Shown here one piece after another: positions 57,368 through 64,000 of a stretch of DNA of 64,000 nucleotides; the first letter of the stretch is position 1; every line of letters begins with the position of its first letter. Source of the DNA: Candidatus Sulfomarinibacteraceae bacterium. GTDB lineage: Bacteria; Acidobacteriota; Thermoanaerobaculia; Thermoanaerobaculales; Sulfomarinibacteraceae. The stretch lies in assembly GCA_041552055.1 (NCBI GenBank), contig JBFELO010000001.1:23099-87098 (forward strand), given 5' to 3'. Under the pieces are notes generated by a model. It was not told where the DNA came from and did no database searches. It saw only the letters and a program-made list of their open reading frames with translations. Both the position numbers and the translations under genes were made by a program.

Positions 57368-60202
57368 TCACGAGGCGTCTCCCGTTGACTCTCTCCGCAG
57401 CATGGGTCCCAGGTACCTGCCGGTGTGCGACGACGAGCAGTCGGCGACCTCCTGCGGTGTCCCGGCCACCACCAGTCGCCCTCCACCTTCGCCACCCTCC
57501 GGACCGAGATCGACGATCCAGTCCGCGGTCTTGATCACATCCAGGTTGTGCTCGATCACGACCACGGTGTTGCCGCGCTCCACGAGAGCGTGGAGGACCG
57601 CCAGGAGCTTGCGCACGTCATCGAAGTGAAGACCGGTCGTGGGCTCGTCGAGCAGGTAGAGCGTCTTGCCGGTCGCCCTCTTTGCCAACTCACGGGACAG
57701 CTTGATCCGCTGCGCCTCACCGCCTGAAAGCGTGGTCGCGGGTTGTCCGAGGTGGAGGTAGCCAAGCCCGACCGACACCAGGGTGTCGAGGATGCGCACG
57801 ATCTTGGGCACGTTGGTGAAGAGCTCACGCGCCTGACGGACCGTGAGATCGAGTACCTCGGCGATGCTCAGGCCCTTGAACCGCACCTCGAGCGTTTCCC
57901 GATTGTAGCGCAGGCCATGGCAGACGTCACAGGTGACGAATACGTCGGGGAGGAAGTGCATTTCGATCCTGAGCTGGCCGGCGCCCTGACAGGCCTCGCA
58001 CCGCCCACCCTTGACGTTGAAAGAGAACCGGCCCGGTCGGTAGCCTCGTGCGCGTGCGTCGGTGGTCGCTGCGAAGAGCGACCGGATGGGGTCGAACACC
58101 TTGGTGTAGGTCGCGGGGTTCGACCTGGGCGTCCGACCGATCGGCGACTGGTCGATCGAGACCACCTTGTCGAGGCCGTCGACCCCCTCCACCGCCCGGT
58201 GACGACCCGGTCGCGCCAGCGTGCCATAGAGCTCACGCGCCACCGCCTTGTGGAGGATCTCGTTCACCAGGGTGGACTTCCCCGACCCCGACACTCCGGT
58301 CACGCAGATCAGCCGACCGAGCGGGAAACTGACATCAATGTCCTTCAGGTTGTGCTCGGACGCGCCACGCACCGCCAGCTCGTCACCGTTGCCGGGTGAC
58401 GGCTGCTGCGGAATCGGGATCACCTTTCGGCGTGCCAGATAGGCGCCCGTCAGCGAGTCCGAGGCACCCTCGATCGCCTCGGGCGGGCCGGCCGCCACCA
58501 GCCGCCCCCCGAGACGGCCCGCGCCGGGCCCGAGGTCGATCACCCAGTCGGCCTCCCGGATCGTCTCCTCGTCGTGCTCCACCACGACCACCGTATTGCC
58601 CAGATTCCGCATTCCCTTGAGGGTCTCCAGCAAACGTCGGTTGTCACGTTGGTGAAGGCCGATCGAGGGTTCGTCGAGCACGTAGAGCACGCCCATCAGC
58701 TTGGATCCGACCTGGGTGGCCAATCGGATGCGCTGACTCTCACCGCCCGACAGCGTCCCCGCCATCCGGTCCAGGGTGAGGTAGTCGAGACCGACCGACT
58801 CCAGGAACGAGAGTCGGTCGCGCACCTCCCTCAAGACCTTGGCGGCGATGGCTGCCTCGCGCTGGTTCAGCGTCAGCCCATCGAACCACTCGAACGCACG
58901 CCGTACCGACAGCGACGAGACCTCGGCGATGCTTCTCTCCCCGACCTTGACCGCCAACGCCTCGGGCCGTAGACGGGCGCCGCCGCATGCGTGGCACGGC
59001 GCGAACGACATGTAGCGCTCGAGCTCGTGTCGCACGCCCTCGGACGACGTCTCGGCGTAGCGGCGCTCGAGCCGCGGCACCAGACCCTCGAACCGGTCAC
59101 GGTAGCGATAGGCCCCCTTGCGGCCCTGCCACACCCAGTCGAGCTCCCGATCCGAGCCGTACATGATCAGCCGGCGCAGCTCCTCGGGCAGGCGCCGCCA
59201 CGGCGTGTGGAGGTCGATTCCGATTTGATCGGCGAGCTGTTCGAGCTGGCGCCGATACCAGGAGGACGGGCCGTGCCCCACGGTCGCCAGCGAGCCGCTC
59301 AAGACCGATCGCTCCGGATCGAGCACCAACTTCTCCGGATCGACCTCGCGCAGGAAGCCCAGGCCCGAGCACGCGGTGCAGGCGCCCTGGGGTGAGTTGA
59401 AGGAGAACAGCCTGGGAGAGACCTCGGCCAGGGAGAAACCACAGCTGGGGCAGGCGTGGCGGGCCGACAGCACGGTCTCGGACCCGTCCGAGACGGCGGC
59501 CCTGACCAACCCCTCGCCGACCCGAAGTGCCGTCTCGAGCGAGTCCGCCAGGCGCGGTGCGACCCCCTGGCGGACCCGCAACCGGTCCACCACCACCTCG
59601 ATAGTGTGCTTCTTGTTCTTCTCGAGATCCGGGGGATCAGCCGCCTCCACGACCTGCCCGTCGACCCGCGCACGGACGAAGCCCTCACGGACCATCTGTT
59701 CGAAGAGCCTCCGGTGTTCTCCCTTGCGGCCCTCCACCAGCGGGGCCAGCAGCATGAACCGAGTTCCATCACCCAGCGCGAGCAGACGGTCGACCATCTG
59801 CTCGACGGTCTGCGGCTGAATCGGCAGATTGCAGTCCGGGCAGTGGGGGATTCCGACCGAAGCCCACAACAGACGCAGATAGTCGTGAATCTCGGTCACC
59901 GTCCCTACGGTCGACCTGGGGTTGCGCGAGGTGGTTTTCTGCTCGATGGAGATCGCCGGCGACAACCCCTCGATCGTGTCCACGTCGGGCTTCTCCATCT
60001 GTTCGAGAAACTGTCGGGCATACGCCGACAGCGACTCGACGTACCGCCGCTGACCCTCCGCAAACAGGGTGTCGAACGCCAGAGACGACTTGCCCGAGCC
60101 GGAGACCCCGGTGACCACGACCAGTCGGTTGCGTGGGATGTCGACATCGATGTTCGCGAGATTGTGCTCCCGCGCACCGCGGATACTGATGGTGTCTCGC
60201 AT
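57368..60202 (-). CDS. uvrA: excinuclease ABC subunit A
   Basis: IRGAREHNL, two ABC modules ([10 protein letters not shown] / [17 protein letters not shown]), and zinc modules C..C...C..C. Confidence 0.95.
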   Translation of the reverse strand: MRDTISIRGAREHNLANIDVDIPRNRLVVVTGVSGSGKSSLAFDTLFAEGQRRYVESLSAYARQFLEQMEKPDVDTIEGLSPAISIEQKTTSRNPRSTVGTVTEIHDYLRLLWASVGIPHCPDCNLPIQPQTVEQMVDRLLALGDGTRFMLLAPLVEGRKGEHRRLFEQMVREGFVRARVDGQVVEAADPPDLEKNKKHTIEVVVDRLRVRQGVAPRLADSLETALRVGEGLVRAAVSDGSETVLSARHACPSCGFSLAEVSPRLFSFNSPQGACTACSGLGFLREVDPEKLVLDPERSVLSGSLATVGHGPSSWYRRQLEQLADQIGIDLHTPWRRLPEELRRLIMYGSDRELDWVWQGRKGAYRYRDRFEGLVPRLERRYAETSSEGVRHELERYMSFAPCHACGGARLRPEALAVKVGERSIAEVSSLSVRRAFEWFDGLTLNQREAAIAAKVLREVRDRLSFLESVGLDYLTLDRMAGTLSGGESQRIRLATQVGSKLMGVLYVLDEPSIGLHQRDNRRLLETLKGMRNLGNTVVVVEHDEETIREADWVIDLGPGAGRLGGRLVAAGPPEAIEGASDSLTGAYLARRKVIPIPQQPSPGNGDELAVRGASEHNLKDIDVSFPLGRLICVTGVSGSGKSTLVNEILHKAVARELYGTLARPGRHRAVEGVDGLDKVVSIDQSPIGRTPRSNPATYTKVFDPIRSLFAATTDARARGYRPGRFSFNVKGGRCEACQGAGQLRIEMHFLPDVFVTCDVCHGLRYNRETLEVRFKGLSIAEVLDLTVRQARELFTNVPKIVRILDTLVSVGLGYLHLGQPATTLSGGEAQRIKLSRELAKRATGKTLYLLDEPTTGLHFDDVRKLLAVLHALVERGNTVVVIEHNLDVIKTADWIVDLGPEGGEGGGRLVVAGTPQEVADCSSSHTGRYLGPMLRRESTGDAS

Positions 60203-60414
60203 CGTCGTTTTTCCGGTGGCGGCTTCCGGAACCGCCGACCGCTCACTCTACCATCGAGCGGAGACGGTCTCGCCGACGGCCAACTCGTCTGCCGGCCACG
60301 GCTATTCCCGGCGCGGAGGCGTCTTCGACGATGCGTCGAACATCCCGGGGCCCGCAAGCGTCGCCGGACAGGGTTCGTCGATGACCGTTGCGGACACTCG
60401 GTGAGAGCTCCGGG

Positions 60415-60864
60415 CTAACGTCGACGGTGGAGATCCTGCTCGGCCTCGCGGTCGAGCGTCCTTCTCCGCAAGGTCTCTCGCTTGTCGTGCAGCAGCTTGC
60501 CACGGGCGAGCGCGATCTCGACCTTGATCCAGTTGCCCTCGACCATCATCGCCAGGGGCACGACGGTCAGACCCTTCTCCTGGACCTTGCCGGCAAGACG
60601 CTCGATCTGCCGCTTGTGGAGCAGCAGACGCCGCCGACGCATCGGATCGTGGCTCGCATACCCGGCGCTCTGGTAGGACGAGATGTGACACCCGACCAGG
60701 TACGCCTCACCGCCGCTGAAGCTCACGTACGCATCTCTGAGGTTGACGCGCCCCTCGCGTGCCGACTTGACCTCGGTTCCGAGCAGCTCGACCCCGGCCA
60801 CTTCCCGCTCCAGGATGTGGTACTCGTGCCGGACTTTCCGGTTGGCGGCGAGAACCTTGCTCAT
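60415..60864 (-). CDS. smpB: SsrA-binding protein
   Basis: NRKVRHEYHILE..EAG..L.GTEVKS.R and the C-terminal tail GKLLHDKRE. Confidence 0.9.
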   Translation of the reverse strand: MSKVLAANRKVRHEYHILEREVAGVELLGTEVKSAREGRVNLRDAYVSFSGGEAYLVGCHISSYQSAGYASHDPMRRRRLLLHKRQIERLAGKVQEKGLTVVPLAMMVEGNWIKVEIALARGKLLHDKRETLRRRTLDREAEQDLHRRR

Positions 60865-62378
60865 TCCACGACCTGAGTGAGGGCCTCCACGAAATCTCGG
60901 TCGAACTGCTGGCCGGCAACCGACGCGATGGTCTCGATCGCCTCCCTCGACGACAGCGCCTGCCGATAGCTGAATGACGAGGTCAGAACGTCGTACACCT
61001 CGGCCACATGGACCAGCCGCGCCAGCAGCGGGATCTCCTCCCCCGCCAACTGGTCGGGATAACCGTTACCGTCCCAGCGCTCGTGGTGGTGCCGCACGGC
61101 GGCAGCTATTCGATCGAGGCCGGTCTCCGCGAGGATGGCCTCCCCCACCGTTGGATGTCGTCGATAGATCCGACGATCCTCCGCCGACGGCGACGCGAGA
61201 CGGTACAGCCGGTCGTACTCCAACTCCCGCATGCCTACGTCATGCAACAAGCCGGCGAGCGCCGCACCCTCGACCTCGACGCTGTCCAGGTCCGCCTGCT
61301 GCGCGATCTGCCAACTCAGCCGCGACACGGCGAGCGAGTGACCGAGCAACTCCGGATAGCTGCGCTCGCCCGGCTCAAGCAGCCGACGCGCAAGTGCTCG
61401 GCGCGAGAACCGCAACTCCGCCGCCTCGCGGGCGCTGGAGACCTCCCGGCCCAGCCGATCCAACACCGGCCCGGGGGGCACCCCACCTTCCGCCGACACC
61501 ACCGACACGATCAGGGACCAGTCCAGGTCGTGCAGCGGCACTGCGGTCGCGATCAACGATGGGCGCGGAGGAACCGAGGATGCCGACACCCTGCGCACGC
61601 GAAGCTTCCAGGATGAGTGGTGTGGCGCCGGAATGCCCGCGTGCACCAAAACTTCCGACTGGTGCCGAGTGAGGGCGTCGGTGTCGATCGCGTCACCGTC
61701 CGCGCACGAGTGCACCAGGGTCGTCGCCTCCTCCGGCGTCGCCACCGTCGTTGCGACCGCGAACACGCCCTCCCGAGCCACCGTGTCCACCGCCGACTCG
61801 ACCACCGTCTGCAGTCCGATCCCGTCGAGCAACACGCTGCGCGCCGGCTCGGCCGCGTCCGTCGGTTGTTGGCGGACGATGGGCTCCGGTCGAGGCTCCT
61901 CGGCGACACCGATCGCAGCGTAGAGGTCGAGCTGCTGCAGCAGGCCCAGCAACGCACTTCCGATGATCGACCCCTGCCTCTCGTCCACCTCCTCGAACGG
62001 TCGCCCGCCCCCCTTATCGCGCGCGTCCACGAAACCCAGAATCTGCGACGCGCCTACCAGCGGCACCAGCAGCATGCGGCGAGTCCCGGCGTCCTGGAGA
62101 TCGGTCTCGATCTCGGGGAAATCCCGGACGTCATTGATCGCCAACGGCGCGCTCTGCAGCTCGCGAGCCTTGCGGACGAGCGGGTCGTCATCCCCATGGG
62201 ATGGACGCAGCGTGTCCCGTCGCCCGAAACCGTACTGCGATGCCAGCTCGAACGAGCCGTCCGGCCGCAGCAGGTAGAGCGCCGCCTTGGTACAGTGGAC
62301 CTCTTCCAAGAACCGGAACAGCACCTCCTTGAAGGACCGCTCCTGTTGGGGCGTCCAACCGGTTGAAGGTTCGGTCAT
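60861..62378 (-). CDS. GAF domain / HD-GYP domain protein (putative c-di-GMP phosphodiesterase)
   Basis: ATG at 62378. N-terminal GAF-like region, and a C-terminal LLHDVGM ... HHERWDGNGYP (HD-GYP signature). The stop overlaps the smpB ATG (ATGA). Confidence 0.75.
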   Translation of the reverse strand: MTEPSTGWTPQQERSFKEVLFRFLEEVHCTKAALYLLRPDGSFELASQYGFGRRDTLRPSHGDDDPLVRKARELQSAPLAINDVRDFPEIETDLQDAGTRRMLLVPLVGASQILGFVDARDKGGGRPFEEVDERQGSIIGSALLGLLQQLDLYAAIGVAEEPRPEPIVRQQPTDAAEPARSVLLDGIGLQTVVESAVDTVAREGVFAVATTVATPEEATTLVHSCADGDAIDTDALTRHQSEVLVHAGIPAPHHSSWKLRVRRVSASSVPPRPSLIATAVPLHDLDWSLIVSVVSAEGGVPPGPVLDRLGREVSSAREAAELRFSRRALARRLLEPGERSYPELLGHSLAVSRLSWQIAQQADLDSVEVEGAALAGLLHDVGMRELEYDRLYRLASPSAEDRRIYRRHPTVGEAILAETGLDRIAAAVRHHHERWDGNGYPDQLAGEEIPLLARLVHVAEVYDVLTSSFSYRQALSSREAIETIASVAGQQFDRDFVEALTQVVE

Positions 62379-62464
62379 CGCCTCCCTCCCGTGAGCTTCT
62401 TTCACTCTACCACCGGTTCCCGTTGGGCCGGAAGACGTGCCTCCCGGTGGTAGAATGGCCAACC

Positions 62465-63019
62465 ATGTCATGGATCCTGCCGCTGTTGGTCGCGACCACG
62501 CTGAACTCCCAGGGACCGCTCGCCCTGCAGGTGGACCAGCAGCGCGACACCCTCAAAGTCTCGTTTTCGTTGCTGGAACCCCTGCCGGCAGCGATGGAGG
62601 AGGCGCTTCCGTCAGGCGCCGAGGTCCACGTCCGATATCCGCTGAGAGTCCGCAGCCCGCGCGCCCTGTGGTGGGATCGCAAGCTCTGGAAGGGCGAGGT
62701 GGTCGCCACGGCCATCTTCGACCCGATCACGGGCCGCTACCGATGCGAGGTGGTGCTGGACGACGTCATCGTCTCGAGCCAGGAGATGGACAGCCCGACC
62801 GGCGCCCGCGACTTCCTCGCCTCGCCGGGTCCCGTCCTGCTTTCACTGTCGATCGAGAAACGGTCGAGGCTGTTCGTGCGCGTCCGCGCGATCTTCTCGT
62901 CCTCCACGAAATGGCTGATCTTCCCGTCCGTGAACGGGACACCGTGGGTCGAGGTCGCCATCACGCCGGTTGTCGCCCAGAGCCCGAGCGAGACGGAGGC
63001 CGCAGGGGACCCGGACTGA
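62465..63019 (+). CDS. DUF4390-like periplasmic protein
   Basis: ATG at 62465, signal-like N-terminus. L..G.EV.VRYPLRVRS.R.LWWD.K.........FDPITGRYR resembles the DUF4390 pattern. As is typical for that family, it sits immediately upstream of an NtrY-type kinase. Confidence 0.5.
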   Translation: MSWILPLLVATTLNSQGPLALQVDQQRDTLKVSFSLLEPLPAAMEEALPSGAEVHVRYPLRVRSPRALWWDRKLWKGEVVATAIFDPITGRYRCEVVLDDVIVSSQEMDSPTGARDFLASPGPVLLSLSIEKRSRLFVRVRAIFSSSTKWLIFPSVNGTPWVEVAITPVVAQSPSETEAAGDPD

Positions 63020-63022
63020 TCC

Positions 63023-64000
63023 ATGACTGAGCTGGCCCGCGCCTGGCATCGATACCGGCGACAGAATCGGTTCCTCATCGCTGGCTTCCTGGCGCTCATG
63101 GTGCTCGCGGTCGGCGCATTCTACCTCGTCCAGCGCACCCAGGAGGCTTCCCCCGAGGACCTGACCAATCGCCTGCTGCTCTTCGTCCTGTGGTACCTCG
63201 ACGTCTCACTGATCCTGATTCTGACCTTCATTCTGGCGCGCAACCTGATTCGGCTGGCAGTGGACCGACGCAGTGGAGTCTTGGGCAGCCGCTTTCGCAC
63301 CAAGCTCGTGCTCACCTACGTCGGCCTGACCTTCGTGCCGGTGATCTTCATCTTCCTGATCGCCACCAACTACCTCCAGAACTCCATCGATCGGTGGTTC
63401 TCGTCTCCGGTGGAGGAGACCGTGCGCAGCGGCGCGGCCGTCACCGTACAGGTGCGCGAACTCGTCGAGGATCGTCTCCAGGGACAGGCAGCGGTCGCCG
63501 CCGAGGAGCTCGGGGCGGACCCCAGGCCGGAGCAGCTGGTCACGCTCCAGACCGTGATGGGGATCGATCTGATCGCGCTGATTCAGGACGGCCGGCTCGC
63601 GGAGTCCGTCTCCGACCCCCGCCGCATTCCCACGTCGCTGCCGCCGCTGCGCCTCGAGTCGTTGCCCCCGTCGGGGGTGCGTGCGGATCGCTGGCGCGGT
63701 GGCTTGCTGGTCAGGGCGTGGCAGCCTCTGTCGGACGCGCGCTCGGTGGTGGTCGTCGGTGACATGCTGCCGAGGGACCTGTTGTTGCATCTCGAGCGCG
63801 CCACCGCGGCGGACGCCCATTTCCGGGAGATGAAGTTGCAGCGAGGGACGATCAAGTCCACCACCATTCTGGTCTTCCTGGCGTTCACGCTCTTGTTGCT
63901 CTTCGCCACGGTTTGGATCGGGCTCTACCTGTCGCGGCGGTTCACCGAGCCGCTGCTGGCAGTGGCGGCGGCCACCCGGCGGGTGGCCGAGGGGGATCGG
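63023..64000 (+). CDS. ntrY: NtrY-like sensor histidine kinase, N-terminal part (runs off the 3' edge)
   Basis: Absent from the ORF track because it has no stop in the window. My translation from the ATG at 63023 is MTELARAWHRYRRQNRFLIAGFL...SRFRTKLVLTYVGLTFVPVIFIFLIATNYLQNSIDRWFS...RRFTEPLLAVAAATRRVAEGD. This corresponds to the NtrY N-terminal membrane module plus the start of a HAMP domain. Confidence 0.7.
   Translation, partial: MTELARAWHRYRRQNRFLIAGFLALMVLAVGAFYLVQRTQEASPEDLTNRLLLFVLWYLDVSLILILTFILARNLIRLAVDRRSGVLGSRFRTKLVLTYVGLTFVPVIFIFLIATNYLQNSIDRWFSSPVEETVRSGAAVTVQVRELVEDRLQGQAAVAAEELGADPRPEQLVTLQTVMGIDLIALIQDGRLAESVSDPRRIPTSLPPLRLESLPPSGVRADRWRGGLLVRAWQPLSDARSVVVVGDMLPRDLLLHLERATAADAHFREMKLQRGTIKSTTILVFLAFTLLLLFATVWIGLYLSRRFTEPLLAVAAATRRVAEGDR

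Noticed and set aside
60203-60414. Looked for a tmRNA (ssrA) gene next to smpB.
   Set aside because: There is no tRNA-Ala-like acceptor/T-arm (…GGTTCGAATCC…CCACCA) and no GGGGCTGATTCTGGATTCGAC-like 5' end in this spacer or beside the HD-GYP gene. ssrA must be elsewhere.

Overview
GC-rich chromosomal segment (by eye about two-thirds G+C, third codon positions almost always G/C) from a diderm bacterium. I call about 55 protein genes and 4 tRNAs. Genes are tightly packed, mostly on the minus strand, with many 1-4 nt start/stop overlaps (ATGA/GTGA).

The content is overwhelmingly housekeeping:
- Lipid A/Kdo late steps: waaA-lpxK-lpxL-like plus a GT87-like membrane glycosyltransferase.
- Translation: prfA-prmC, rpmE, and gltX-glnS.
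- Envelope and proteolysis: lepB, tsaD, mpl-pgpA, dapF, hslVU, lptD, ruvX-mltG.
- Central metabolism: glmS, tal-tkt, gap-pgk-tpiA-secG, pyrF, fabL-like.
- DNA functions: pcrA/uvrD, recR-dnaX, hup, uvrA.
- Polarity and signalling: mglBA, smpB, a GAF/HD-GYP protein, and a DUF4390 gene followed by an ntrY-like kinase that runs off the 3' edge.

LPS genes together with a Myxococcus-like mglBA pair, DUF1573 and high GC suggest an Acidobacteriota- or Myxococcota-like lineage. That is only a guess. I found no rRNA, CRISPR, transposase/integrase, prophage or recognisable defence/toxin genes, and no clear-cut novel multi-gene system.

Observations the gene map does not explain:
1. Almost every spacer over 100 bp carries short tandem hexamer/heptamer blocks. 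These include a roughly 70-85 bp hairpin element built from CCGTCT-type hexamers, present 9 times and always in the same orientation. Two of the blocks are canonical G-quadruplex motifs on the minus strand.
2. A ptsN-like EIIA gene and a PII-like gene sit upstream of two overlapping cation/proton-antiporter-like genes.
3. A tandem pair of secreted paralogs has no recognisable family.
4. A degenerate Ser/Thr-kinase domain is fused through one TM helix and a coiled coil to a TonB C-terminal domain.
5. A 356-aa lipoprotein with an LptM(YifL)-like lipobox and Fn3-like repeats is translationally coupled to dapF.

All coordinates were derived by hand from the ORF track and sequence. Alternative start codons are noted where they matter.
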